DNA of 64,000 bases from Eledone cirrhosa (Eukaryota): the NCBI GenBank assembly GCA_964016885.1, contig OZ024741.1:362576001-362640000 (forward strand), given 5' to 3'. This document shows positions 11,201 through 23,918 of this stretch, piece after piece. How positions within the stretch are numbered: the first letter of the stretch is position 1; each line of letters starts with the position of its first letter. The notes below the pieces were generated by a model. The model was not told the DNA's origin. It did not search any database and worked only from the letters and a program-made list of their open reading frames with translations. A program made the translations under genes and the position numbers.

Positions 11201-13470
11201 AGCACGTCAGTTGCAATGCCACTACAAATAGTCTCGTCTAACTTATCTACCAGCTCCCCCTCCTTTCTATTTTTCTCTAACACTACTTCTTTGCTAAACC
11301 CTATCGACATTACTCTAATCTCTCTTTTGAGAGCCCCACCATCTATTGTTGACGACTCCCCGTCAATTTTTTCTTAACTAAATTGTTGACCCGCTCCCTG
11401 TAAGCCTTACGTTCCGGAAACGACTTGTTCAGCTTCCAGTAACCAGGTCCTAACCTACGCGTCTTATCTAGATCGACCATACAAATCACAAACTTGTGGT
11501 CTGTATAGGTGACCGTATGGAATTCTGGACACCCTATACTGTCCTTATCCACTAATCTAATTAGAAACTTATCTAAGTACGATCTAGATATCTCTAAACG
11601 ATTTGTCCAGGTCCACACTGGCGCATTAGAGAAATCTAGTCGGTACTTGTCAGACAGTTGGTACTGGCTGATCAGGAACTTGAGGCTTTTGCACACACAC
11701 ACCCGCTCATATCGGATACACCCACACAGTCACAGCGTGCGTCTAAGATGCCGTTCCAGTCCCCCGCTAACAGTAAAGGGCGAGACGAACCCAGAAAGGC
11801 TTCCAGGCGTCTAAAGAAATCCGACCGCCCTGCCTCGGTAGGGGCGTCAACTGCCACCAGTCTAAAGGCACCACCTTCATTACTGTTCACGTCCAGGACC
11901 ACCAACTTACCCTCCGGGTCCCGGAAGATCGACCTTACCTCGAGATCCAGGCTTTTCCTAAACAGCACTGCCACCCAACCTCCGAGTCCCGGCCGACTAA
12001 CAGATGCGAATATCTGATAGTCGTCAAAAATGCGCGTGTGTCGGAAATCCTGGTCTCACTCACGGCAATTACATCCATTTCTAGAGACCTGAGGTCGTTG
12101 AGCAGGTGATCCTGCTTCCAGGACGATCCCAGGCCTCGAACATTTAAACATGCTACTCTTAATATGGCCATATTGGCAGGCTAAAAGAGATAGGAAAGGT
12201 TTACTTACCTCCCGGGCTCTTGTGAAGGTCGGGTGGTTCGACCTCCATAGTTGGTGGGGTTTCTTTGGGGAACCCCTTTAAAAGCCTACTTGAAGCTTTT
12301 ACACTGGATGTTCCCACGTCGTTGGTGAAGCCCTCCCTAATTGTTTTATAATTGCTTTTGTGGCACCTTGAATGTGCAGGTGTTAAACGCCTCCTCCTCT
12401 TTCTCTATTTCCTTACTTGGTGTTATGAGGTTCAGTAGTTTTGTGTTCAATTTCCTCACTAACACGAAGTTAGGTGTTGTTGTGGTTGTAAGTTATTGCT
12501 GTGTGTATTTTCTTCTAGTTGTTTGTGTTAGTGGTAGTGTTGTTGGTGGAGATGGTGTTTGTGTTGACGGTTGTGTTTTTGCGGGGGAGGGTGTTGTAGT
12601 ATGTGTGTCTGTGTTTGGTGCGAATGTTTTTTTTGTTTGCTGTTTGTGTTGGTGTGAGATTTCTTCTTGTGTTTTCTTTTTTGTCTTTTTGGCTTTTGGT
12701 GTTCCTCCTCATCTTCGCTTAGTGAGGAAGAGGTTTCTGTGTTTGTATCAGATGTAAGTGGCAGTGCCTGTATGGGTGGGTGTGTTTCAATGTGTGTGTG
12801 TGTGTTCGAGAGGGAGGGGTGGGAGAGCTTCTTTGGAGTGGCTCCTTGGTGGTCTTGGTTGTCTTTGCAGTTGTTGGTTCTGCTGGTGTTGCTGCTGCAG
12901 ATGTTGTTGTTGGTGTTGTTATTTCGCGATGAGGCCCCGGCGTCGGCAGCAGCGGAGACTTTTGACTCCTTGCATTTTTCAACAGCTGAAGGCTCGCAAG
13001 TCTGTTTTTTCGCCGCAACTGAAACAGTGCAGCCTTTTGCCCTCAGCCATCACTTGGAGGCGGATCTGCTCCGGGATTTTCTTTATTTCTTCAGGTTTGA
13101 TCTGGAGAGGTATCTACAGATCAACCCCGGACCAGTCCTCTCTTCCTGTCCTGGTTACATCTATTGGGACGGCATATGACCCCTCCACAATCATGCATCC
13201 CAAGAGCCACCATATATCTAGTCCAGGTGGAATCCTGGGAATGCAGACTCTAATTGTTCTTTTTCCCATGTGGGAGGGGTACATAATAACCTTGCTCGGT
13301 TTGCAAGGGATCGTTGAATGCTCAAAGCGAGGGCCTCCGATATAAACAGCACCGAGATGGTGCTGTATTGTTAACTCCTTGCTACGTACTCTGTATCTCC
13401 TCTGATGCACCTCAGCGCAGCCTCGACGTCTGCTTGGGGAGAGTTTGTGGCTCTTTTCGTCTCAGCCGAG
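8230..13470 (-). mobile_element. Tx1/L1-clade LINE, near full length, frameshifted (ORF1 ~13410-12200; APE-RT-zf ORF2 12171-~8480)
   Basis: APE motifs LNVRGL, VSETR, AGDWN, YTDHK, GYWKLN; RT NFRPITQLNTEFKILAK, LDKSKAFDRVDH, RQGCPLS; GGLGMP; C-terminal RDKLY..TCPR; AATAAA plus (TAT)n tail at ~8235-8270. Confidence 0.92.
8819..9291 (-). mobile_element. Tandem SINE family A multimer (two full copies plus one head) inserted in the LINE
   Basis: Units ~8819-9006, 9011-9200, 9203-9291; flanking direct repeat (AATCCAC)AAGTCAATAAT at ~8803-8820 and ~9285-9302. Confidence 0.9.
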
Positions 13471-13474
13471 ATAC

Positions 13475-16056
13475 ATCTGAAAACATAGACACTAAAGATA
13501 GATTGAAAATAAAATACAAAACTAGGGGAAAAGAGCTAAATGTTATCATAGAGGAACTGAAGCAACGCATTGTAGCAAAAAGTGAAAAGATTAGGCGATA
13601 TGAGAACAGAGTTAGTCAGTATAGACAGAACCGCATGTTTGACAACAGCCAGACGATGTTTGAACAGCTTGAAGGGAAAGAAAAAGGCAACGACGTGATC
13701 CCTGAGGCGGAACAGACTAAGACATTCTGGAGAGGAATATGGGAGCAGGATGTTGAACATAATAGTCAGGCAGTGTGGATTGAGACAGTTCAAAAGAAGA
13801 TTAGTGAACAAGCATACCAACAAACTGATTTGAGTATCACAGTTGAAACTCTGAAAGGAACTGGAAATCACCAGGCCCAGATGGTGTGCAAGGGTATTGG
13901 ATAAAAAATATAACATGCCTCCACCCAAAACTGACAACCATGTTCAATGACTGCCTGATGTCAGGTGAAGTACCAGAGTGGTTGACAAAAGGTACCACAG
14001 TTCTGGTAATGAAAGACCGAATCAAGGGTAATGATGTTACCAACTATAGACCTATCACATGTCCGTCCATAATGTGGAAACTGTTCACACGCATTGTGTC
14101 TGAGGAAATCTACTATCACCTCCACATAAACAACTTGTTACCGGACGAACAGAAAGGATGCCGAAAGAAGTGCCGTGGTACAAAAGACCAGTTACTTATT
14201 GATAAGATGGTAATGAGGAATTGCAAGAGGAGGCACACTGGTCTTGCCATGGGATGGATAGATTACAAAAAGGCATTCGACATGGTACCCCATTCTTGGA
14301 TAACCAAAAGCCTAGAGATCTTCAAGGTGGCAGATAACATCAGACAGCTATTAAGTAAAAGTATGAAGTCCTGGAAAACAGAGTTAACATCAGGTGGAGA
14401 ATCCTTGGGGGGCGTGAAGATCAAGAGAGGTATCTTCCATGGAGATAGTTTGTCCCCTTTGTTGTTTGTCCTTACCCTGATACCTCTGTCCGTCATACTG
14501 CGAAAAGTGAGAGCAGGATACAAGTTGGGAAGAGGAGAGCTTACCATCAATCACCTCCTCTTCATGGACGATCTTAAACTCTTTGGGAAGAGTGAGAAGG
14601 AGTTGGATGTGCTTGTTGACACTGTCCGTATTTTCAGCAATGATATATGTATGGAATTTGGTGTTAATAAGTGTGGAGTCCTAGTGATGAAGAGGGGTAA
14701 TTTGAGCAGAAGCAATGGAATCCAGGTGCCAACAGGTGAGATGATAAAGGAAATTCACACTGAAGAAGGATACAAATATTTAGGTGTTCTGGAGACAGAT
14801 GACATCAAGAACAAAAAAAATGAATGAATTGATAAGATCTGAATACATAAGGAGAGTAAGGAACAAACTAAATAGTAGGACTGTTATAAGTGCAGTAAAT
14901 TCCCGAGCTGTGTCTATTATTAGGTATAGTGCGGGAATTCTGAAATGAAATGTTGCTGAACAAAAAGAAATGGATAGGAAGACTAGGAAGCTAATGACTA
15001 TCTACAACATGTTCCACAAGAGGAGTGATGGTGATAGACTCTACTTAAAGAGATCTGAAGGTGGAAGAGGTCTTATTAGCATAGAGGACTGTGTTCAGAT
15101 GGAGAACTATGTATGCACAAATATGTATGGACCCAATGCTCAAAATTGTACTGAAGGAGAAGATAATAGACCAGGGGATGTCCAAGGATGAAATACAAAC
15201 AAGGAGGAAGAGCAACTTTCAGGAAAAATCCCTTCATAGCATTCTTTAAGAAAACGAAATTTAGAGATCCACAGACATGGAACTGGTTAAAAAGAGGAGA
15301 CCTTAAAAAAGCTACAGAAGGAATGCTAATGGCTGCGCAAGAGCAAGCCCTCACAACGAAGTGGGTGAAATACCATATTGACAAGGAGGAGGCTAGCTCA
15401 CTGTGTAGGATCTGTGGAGAGAGAGAGGAGACTCTGGCTCCCATTGTATCCGAGTGTAAACACCTAGCCCAGACTCACTATAAAGGCTGGAGACATATGA
15501 TAGGCAGGGTGATCCACTGGCATCTATGCAAACTAAACAATTTACCACATTCTGAGAAGTGGTATGAGCATAAGCCAGAGTCGGTGATAGAAAACGATCA
15601 GGTGAAGGTGCTATGGGATTTTAGGATACAGACGCCAAGAAATTAAAACACAATAGGTCTGACCTGGTGGTTTTGGATAAGGAAAAAAGATTGTGCCTGA
15701 TTGTAGATGTAGCCTGCCCATTTGACACGAGATTACAAGAAAAGGAGAGGGAGAAAATTAACCGATACCAGGACTTAAAGTGGGAGGTAAAAAGGATTTG
15801 AAACTGCCATGAAATCAGTGTCGTCCCGATTGTCATAGGCGCACTAGGTACTATCTCAAAGAGTTTCCAAGGATGGTTAAAGAAGATTAGTCCAGCCCCG
15901 TTTTTTGGAACACTTCAAAAGGCATGCTTGCTGGCAACAGCAAGAACCCTCCAATACGTCCTGAATGTCTGAGGCTGCAGGTAGCGGCTTGATATTCATT
16001 TCAACAAACTTTGCAGTTAACTAACATCAATGACTGAGACTCAAAGAATAATAATA
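13475..16056 (+). mobile_element. R4/Dong-clade non-LTR retrotransposon (RT, CCHC, RLE endonuclease), 5' truncated and decayed
   Basis: NYRPITC, EQKGCRK..GTKDQLLID, IDYKKAFD, GIFHGDSLSPLLF, HLLFMDDLKL; CRICGEREET..C...RH; RLE HNRSDLV..IVDVACP..EKINRYQDL; ends at (TAA)n. Confidence 0.9.
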
Positions 16057-16436
16057 ACGAAATTATTGTGTACAGTGCTCAGGTGCACTACAACTCATCA
16101 AAGGTGGATGTATAGTACATAGAATAATGTACAAATGTCAGGAAAATGACCAGTATCCAAGTCATGAAATACATGCGTGCGTGTGTATGGAGGGGGGGGG
16201 GGTACATCAGGTGTAGTGTTGGCGAATCTCAGGAAGCATGGAGGTTTTAAAGGATGCAGTGTCTCAACAGCTAACAACTGATGCAGGTAGTTTGTTCCAT
16301 GCTTCAGCAACTCTGAGCGTGACAAAATGTTTCCGAAAGTCATGGGAGCTGTGCTGTTTTCTGACTTTGTAGGCATGTCCACGTGTGTTAGACACATGGA
16401 AATCAAAAAGGTACTCAGGGTTGTTGTTGGCAATAA
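16047..16436 (-). mobile_element. CR1-like LINE 3' fragment
   Basis: TRGH..K, HDFRKHF..RVAEAWN motifs and 3'UTR shared with 51125-52195. Confidence 0.9.
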
Positions 16437-16447
16437 TTATATATCAA

Positions 16448-16488
<41 letters not shown>

Positions 16489-18031
16489 GGGGGGGGGGGT
16501 ATAAAAGCATATTTTGTATGTTTATGTCCAGATCGAGAAGGCCAGATGGAAATACACACAATGACATGTTCCCGTACACACACACATACACGCACGCGCG
16601 CGCGCGCACGCACACACACACACACAAACAAACATTTACATATACACTTATATGCATATATATGCATATATATATGCATATAACATGATTATATATAAAT
16701 ATATAGATACTTATTACACTTAATTATGATGTTATTTATGGTACAATTGTTTCTCTGGCTGTCTATTTCAGATTTTCAAAGAGACAGTTACCAGATCAGC
16801 AGGATTTTATTTTATTTTTTTTATGATTTTGTTCTTTTCATTCAAACGAGAACGTGTTTCACGAGAGAAGCCATTTTACACTCCATATGTTTTCAGCCAG
16901 CCCAGGTCTCAATCCCGCTAAAACGACCCATATGCTAGCAGCACTAACGTCTCTCTTTGACTGACTTTTCTGCCTTGCTGCTTTTTTTTCTCCGCCATCT
17001 TTACCGGGAAGTTCTGCAGCGAAAACCGTACATTGCCATTTATTATTTTGTATGGCCTATTTTCGTTTTGGCGCAAAACGCATCAAATTAATGAGACACC
17101 GCCATGACTTTTAGGTATATAAATTGTGCCAATAGCTATCTCCGTCTCATTTAGTTGTAGATTTTGATAGCAGCAGTGTTGTTTGTGGTCTTTGGCCGCC
17201 ACTGTTGGTACACACCAGTTGACGACAGCCTATCACTGCTATCTTTCGCATTTTAGACATATTACAATCGTTTCTCTGGCGACCAGCTAGAGGCACGATC
17301 GATGCGATGATCGAACCTGATTCTGAAATCGCAAGATCCTCAGATACGTCTCGATTTTTCGAAGCAGAGTTTCCATATATATATTTCCTGCTTTCTTTGT
17401 ATTCCCACTCCATTTTAAGTTACCTTAAATAGCAACTACACAGCCATTTCTATCCTCCATATATTTCATCATGTTTTTCGTTGTGACCATTCTTCTCTCT
17501 CCTTCTACCTACCTATTTCGCTACTTTCTACTCTCACCCCTCTTTCTTCCCCTCCCTTTCTCCCTATCTACTCTCACCCCACTTTCTTCCTCTCCCTTGC
17601 TCCCTCTCCCTGTCACTGTTTAGCAGTTCTCTTCTCACTTACAACTGCGGCGATCGGACGTGTCTTTCTCCTCTCGACCACTCAGTCTTCAACTTAAGTT
17701 CTATTGTCGAGTGGTCTTGGATCTCCTACCTATAGTTGCTCGCACTTTGCTCGGTTTGTTGTTGTTTTTCGCTGTTTTGTTAATGTTTTCTCTTTTCTTC
17801 CCCTTTGCTTTCCTTCCCTCCTTCCTTCGTTTTCGCAATAACTTATCCAGTTATTGACGCCCTGGGGCGAGGTATATTGTCTTTAAAGCGTAGAAATATC
17901 CGAGACCCTCAGTAAACAACTGATGAGAAAAACCTCCCCCCCCCCCTGTTCTTGCTTTCTTCATATTTCCACTGCATTTTAAGTTACCATAAATAGCAAC
18001 TACAAACCCATTTCTATTCTCCATATATTTC

Positions 18032-18198
<167 letters not shown>

Positions 18199-18480
18199 AA
18201 AAAAGAAAACGCAATGAATTACTGCAATATTACCAATTCTCTGTAACAAAACGTACGTCCTAGTAAATAACAAAATTCATAAACAAGGCCGTGTAGCTCT
18301 TATACATATTGTGATAATTGTATCACGTTTTAATTGCTCAATCTTCGATGTACCAGCGAGTGAATTTTACTATTATAAAATAAATGTTGTCAACAACATC
18401 ACAATTCTTCATCATTCTTTTTATCATTCATCCTGCGAATACATCTTAACAGTTACATGGACCTGATCCGATCACTACAT

Positions 18481-18541
<61 letters not shown>

Positions 18542-18579
18542 ATTAAATAAATGGAAAACTATATTTATAAAACCATATT

Positions 18580-18645
18580 TATTTCATTATATATATTTCG
18601 GGGATATCATATTAACAATATGCTATGCCTTCATCAGACAAAATA
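18580..18645 (-). ncRNA. Type I HHR (P1)
   Basis: Reverse complement of 18931-18996. Confidence 0.75.
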
Positions 18646-18707
18646 CAATATAAACAGTTTTATAGATAAATTAAATAAATGGAAAACTATATTTATAAAA
18701 CCATATT

Positions 18708-18773
18708 TATTTCATTATATATATTTCGGGGATATCATATTAACAATATGCTATGTCTTCATCAGACAAAATA
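18708..18773 (-). ncRNA. Type I HHR (P1), tandem copy
   Basis: 128 bp from the 18580 copy; one substitution in stem II. Confidence 0.7.
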
Positions 18774-18930
18774 CAATATAAACAGTTTTATAGATAAATA
18801 TATTCGACATACCGTAATAAACATCAACTTCATTTGAAGAGGTTTACTCTGCTAGAGTAAACCTCTTCAAATGAAGTTGATGTTTATTACGGTATGTCGA
18901 ATATATTTATCTATAAAACTGTTTATATTG

Positions 18931-18996
18931 TATTTTGTCTGATGAAGGCATAGCATATTGTTAATATGATATCCCCGAAATATATATAATGAAATA
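18931..18996 (+). ncRNA. Type I HHR (P1)
   Basis: TATTTTGT CTGATGA aggcatagCATATT gtt AATATGatatcccc GAAA tatata TA ATGAAATA; 8-bp stem I with two GU pairs. Confidence 0.75.
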
Positions 18997-19124
18997 AATA
19001 TGGTTTTATAAATATAGTTTTCCATTTATTTAATATTGTAAATATACTCCAAATATTTGTCGAGTGCTTTTATATCAGTTATAAATATTTACTAGTTGTA
19101 ACCCAACAATTTTAAATATAACTT

Positions 19125-19184
<60 letters not shown>

Positions 19185-19185
<1 letters not shown>

Positions 19186-20464
19186 TAGCAGAATGGCCTG
19201 GCGTTACTCGGGATATGCTGTAGGGTTCTTATATGTCTGAAATAAATACGTTTATTTATATTTTGTTATTGTGTATGCAAAAATATCTCTACACGAATAT
19301 ATAATTATATATATATCTATATATCTATCTAAAACAGATAATGTCTGTCTGTCTGTCAGCTCACTAAAACTTGAGAACCACCCAACTGATTGTTTTCAAA
19401 CGTTACACATGTAATACTTATGGTCCTGTAAGTGTTTTGAGCAAAGAATATTTCAAATTTTCAATGCCCTAGGGACCGCATTAGGCTATTTAGCGATCTC
19501 TCTCTATAATACTTAGTCTTTCTTTTTAGATAGATACATAGATATAACGTTGCGCCCTTATAATATCTGTCTGTATGTCTGGCTGTCTGCATTACGTCAT
19601 TATGACGCGATCAGTGTGTGTGTGTGTATATATGTATCGTAATGCAGACATCAAGACATATAGCTTTCCTTCCCCTCTTCCAGCATCTCTCTCTCTCCCG
19701 CTATCCCCCTCTTTTAGTCTGTCTGTTTCTTTCACTCTCACTCTTTCTCTTTATAACTCACATACATTAATATTAAAGGGTTAAGGTATTGTTCTCAAAA
19801 TAAATAATATTAAATCTATGAGATTTTTATATTATGTGAGATAAAGCATTTACCATGAAAATAATATAGTATATATAGAGTAATGTAAATGCTAAAGGGT
19901 TAATTCCATCAGACCATGTGAGAGAGTTTATAATCACTCACGCACACATACACACTCACGCATGCAAACGCACACAAACTCACACACACGCGCGCGCACG
20001 TACACACACACGCAATAGTTATTCCACTGTCATGTATCTTTGACGCATACAACTCTCAAAAGACGGCGTCTGTCACTCTCTCTCTCTCTCTCTCCCGCTA
20101 TCCCCCTCTTTTAGTCTGTCTGTTTCTTTCACTCTCACTCTCTCTCTCTGTAACTCTTTCACATTTCTCCCCTCTATCGAAAAACGCTGTGACTAATGGG
20201 GAGAAGGAGGAGGAGGAGTAGAGAACCACTTCTTCACTTCGCCTCTCCGTTTCTTTCTCTCCCCTCTCACTCCCTCATTATGTACAGACATTAGCCACTT
20301 GACTAATTCGATCCCTAGGTCAGAATAATTTGAATTTTTTTTGCTCAAAACACTTCCGGGGCCATACGGGTTACATGTGTAAAGTTTGAAAAAAAACGGT
20401 TGGGTACTTCTTGAGTTTTAGGTAAACAGACACACAGACAGACATCCTATGTTTTATATATGTA
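19185..20464 (-). mobile_element. Non-autonomous Helitron H1 containing an inverted internal H1 fragment
   Basis: Minus 3' end CCCGAGTAACGCCAGG..CTGCTAG at 19185; 5' TATATAAAACATAGGATGTCTGTCTG at ~20460; + oriented fragment at 19330-19625. Confidence 0.7.
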
Positions 20465-21267
20465 CTAGCAGAATGGCCCGGCCTTGCTCGGGATTTGCTC
20501 GGGATTTGCTATAGGGTTCTTATATATTTGATATATATTTATCCTTATCGAACCTCGTGAAATAAATACGTTTGTTTATATTTTGTTATTGTGTATGCAA
20601 AAATATCTGTCCATAAATATATAATTATATATATATATATATATATTAAAATAACAGACTAAAGTTTAAGCAAAGAATCACTGCTTTCACCCTTAACGGG
20701 ATATTCTACCTAAAAGCAGTATGAAGTACATACACTAAGACTAATTGATGTGATCTTTGGCCTTGTTTGTTTATATTTTGTTTTTGTGTGTGCAAAAATA
20801 TCTGTACACGAATATCTATATTAAAATAACATATTAATGCTTAAGCAAAGAATCGCTGCTTTCAACCTTAACGGGATCTTCTTAAACTAAAAAAATCAAT
20901 CTGGAAAACAGGAAGACGATACTTTGGTTCGTGAAGACGTTCCCTGGCATAAGAATATATACACACACACACACTGATCGCGTCATAATGACGTAATGCA
21001 GACAGTCAGGCATACAGACAGATATTATGAAGGCGCGACGTCATATCTATGTATCTATCTAAAAAGAGAAAGACTAAGAGAAAGAGAAAGAGATCACTAA
21101 ATCGCCTAATGCGGTCCCTAGGGCATTGAAAATTTGAAATTGTTTTTGCTCAAAACACTTCCGGGGTCATACGAGTTACATGTATGAAGTTTGAAAAAAA
21201 CCCGTTGGGTACTTCTCGAGTTTTAGGGAAACAGACACACAGACATCCTCAGTTTTATATATATAGA
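20465..21267 (-). mobile_element. Non-autonomous Helitron H1
   Basis: 5' TCTATATATATAAAACTGAGGATGTCTG at 21267; 3' hairpin CCCGAGCAAGGCCGGG then CTAG at 20465. Confidence 0.8.
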
Positions 21268-22170
21268 CTAGCAGAAAACCACCCGGTGGGCGGTTTTCTG
21301 CTAGCAAATCTAGTGTATATACTGATATTGTTGAGATTTGGATGAGAAATGTTTTCGGCACCACATGTTCACCGTCTCTCGGTGTGTCTATTATGCATGT
21401 ATAAATATATATGTTATCTATACGGTGAAATCTTTGAAATAAATATATGTTAAAACGAAAAAGGAGAAAAAGAGATTAGTGACGGAAATATAAACGTTAT
21501 GATACATAAACGTTATGATATAACGATGGAAATATATAAACGTTTACGATAAAACGATGGAAATAGAAACGTTTATATATAATGATAAGCCGAAACACTC
21601 GTAAGCCGAAACACTCGTAAGTCGAAATACTCGTAAAGCGAAACGTATAAATAAAGATTAATGTAATGAATTTGAAAAGCATAGAGATTTGAAACCGCGT
21701 CTATTTGTTTCCTTGGCATTTTTTACAGACGGACAGACAGACAAACAAACAGAGAAATGCCCATTATATATTATAAGTAGACTTGGCATGGTGTCAAGTC
21801 AGAACCACCTCGAACTGGTTACTTCTGGCTTGTGCAAGGTGTCTCTATAGCATCTATAGCAACCAGCGATTCCCTCGGCCTCAGTGACCAAAGTCAGTGG
21901 AGAGGGGAAGGTAATGTTTCTATAGCGACAGTGTTTCTCTTGGTAGTACCAAAGTGGAGAAAGGAAGGGGAAGGTAATATTTCTGTAGCACGTGTTTTAG
22001 CGGCTATTCACTCTCTCTCTCCCTCCTGCTATCCCCCTCTCGTAGTCTGTCTCTTTCTTTCACTCTCACTCTCTCTCTCTACGCGTGTGCAAAAAACATT
22101 CGCACGCGCGCACGTGTTTCCACTGTCGGACAGACAGACAGAGAAATTGCTGGTTATATATATAAGTAGA
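21268..22170 (-). mobile_element. Non-autonomous Helitron H2 (two 5' ends, at 21781 and 22170), with an internal 16-bp tandem repeat at ~21587-21640
   Basis: 5' TCTACTTATA...(TCTG)n seen twice; 3' hairpin GCAGAAAACC..GGTTTTCTGC ending CTAG at 21268; (TAAGCCGAAACACTCG)x3. Confidence 0.7.
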
Positions 22171-22191
22171 TATATATATATATAATATATG

Positions 22192-22436
22192 TACAATGAT
22201 ATTAAATAAATGGAAACTATATTTATAAAACCATATTTATTCTATTATATATATTTCAAGGGTACCAAAATTTTGGTACCCTTAAAATAAATATAATAGA
22301 ATAAATATGGTTTTATAAATATAGTTTCCATTTATTTAATATTATTGTATATTATACTCCAGAAAACTTGTAGAGTGCTCTGAATCAGTTATAAACATTT
22401 ATTTGAATTACCAACAAATTAAATATCCCTTCTGCT
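22192..22436 (+). mobile_element. P1 fold-back element, palindrome centred in HHR stem II
   Basis: 79-bp arms 22192-22349 centred at 22270/22271 (AAGGGTACCAAAA|TTTTGGTACCCTT); tail homologous to 34990-35150. Confidence 0.85.
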
Positions 22437-22514
22437 TATATATATATATATATATATACTCGTGTAAAAGTCCTATTTTTATATATATACACCTTATATA
22501 CTCGTGTAAAAGTC

Positions 22515-23700
22515 CTATTAAAACGCTGGAAGGTGCTAGCAGCATTCCTTAACCCGAAAGGCATGGTGAGAAATTCGAAAGACCCAAATGGCGTAGTTAT
22601 AGCCGTTTTCGGGATGTCGTCTCTATTGACAGGAATTTGGTTATAGGCTCGAATCAAATCGAGCTTTGAAAAAATGTTGCAACCTTGCAACGAGGAAGCA
22701 AAAGCCTGCAAATGAGAGATAGGATACCGATCCGGTACGATCATCGAGTTCAATCTTCTATAATCTCCAGTGGGTCTCCAATCGCCAGAAGATTTTGGCA
22801 CCATGTGTAATGGAGATGCCCATGGGCTCGTGGAAGGACGAATAATTCCGAGCTGTAGCAAATGATCGAACTCGGAACGTGCTGCTTTCAATTTGTCCGC
22901 TGGCAATCGACGAGGACGCGAAAAAACCGGAGCGCCAGTTGTAGTAATAAAATGCTCCGTAGCGTGGCCTGGATCAGTGACTCTAAAAATTTCATGAGTC
23001 AGTTGCGAGAACGATTTCAACAGTCCATGATATAAGTTTCCAGAGTTAGCAATAAAGAAAGTCGGGCTAATTGTAGAAAATTCCGCCGTCCTGCCACAAA
23101 GAGAAAAACCAGTAATATCGTCAATCAGGCGTTGGTGACGAACGTCCACCGTCAAAAAAAAATGGTGCAGGAAGTCCGCGCCCAAAATCGGGTATGGCAG
23201 ATCAGCAACAGTGAATACCCATTTGAAATCGCGACGAAGATTTCGGAACTTAAGAAGAAGCGAGATCTATCCAAAAGTTCTGATTGCTGACTAGTTGACA
23301 GCTTGCAATTCGATCAAGGACTCAGGAGGAGTTACTGTCATAGTATTAACAGGCCAAATACTGCACGAAGCTCCTGTGTCCACTAGGAAGGCTCTTCCAG
23401 ACAGGAGGTCCTCAATGAAGAAATGGCGGTTTCATTTTGTTTCGCAGAGTTCACTAGCCGCCTTTAGTGACTCTGGTCCACATTTCCCGCGACCGAATAA
23501 TTACACGGAGGCCGGCAATGATCTGCCTTATCCGCATAGGTAGCATGATACCAGCACAATGATTGGTTGCTGGCGGGCGAAGTAGTACGTCGACGTGGAG
23601 TCGAGAAAGAACGCGAACGACTCCTAGGCCGTCGGGAATACGGCCCATTCTCCCTGCATAATCGAGCGACTTGCTGCGTTAAAGCGTCAATAGCCTTCAA
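22515..23700 (-). mobile_element. Ty3/Gypsy LTR retrotransposon fragment (gag C-terminus, protease, RT N-terminus)
   Basis: RSRSRS..LCWYH..A.HC.PPC; FLVDTGASCS; [46 protein letters not shown]. Confidence 0.93.
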
Positions 23701-23732
23701 TTATGATTACACGATATTATTAATTCCTGTCG

Positions 23733-23918
23733 AGGGTGGTGGATTGGCAGTATCGGTAGAGGGTCGGACACCATGCTTTCCAGCATAGTTACGTCCCTTT
23801 ACGATCTGAGTTCAAATCCTGCCGAGGTTGACTTTGCCTTTCATCCTTACGGGGTCGATAAAATAAAGTACCAGTATTGCACTGGGTAATTGCTGGCCTT
23901 GTGCCTAAAGTAGAAACA
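23733..23918 (+). mobile_element. SINE family A, full length, with 17-bp TSD
   Basis: TSD ATTATTAATTCCTGTCG at 23716-23732 and 23919-23935. Confidence 0.95.

Larger units (their letters stand above)
18537..19128. mobile_element. ORF-less palindromic PLE-like element (family P1) with three HHRs
   Basis: Near-perfect inverted repeat 18671-19033 centred on 18852 (loop GCT), 128-bp tandem duplication on the left arm, (TA)n flanks. Confidence 0.85.

Noticed and set aside
13314-13904. 196-aa ORF as a host gene
   Set aside because: Chimeric: antisense of the Tx1 5' end read through into the truncated R4/Dong ORF
16840-17935. HHR-like words (CTGAAAA..GAAACACGTT on minus; CTGATGA at 17920) and a GACCACTC..GAGTGGTC stem near 17676-17718
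   Set aside because: A complete ribozyme could not be assembled; the stem resembles the post-HHR motif but has no upstream HHR
21560-21650. Short repeat array as CRISPR-like
   Set aside because: Contiguous 16-bp tandem units with no spacers, inside a Helitron in a eukaryotic context
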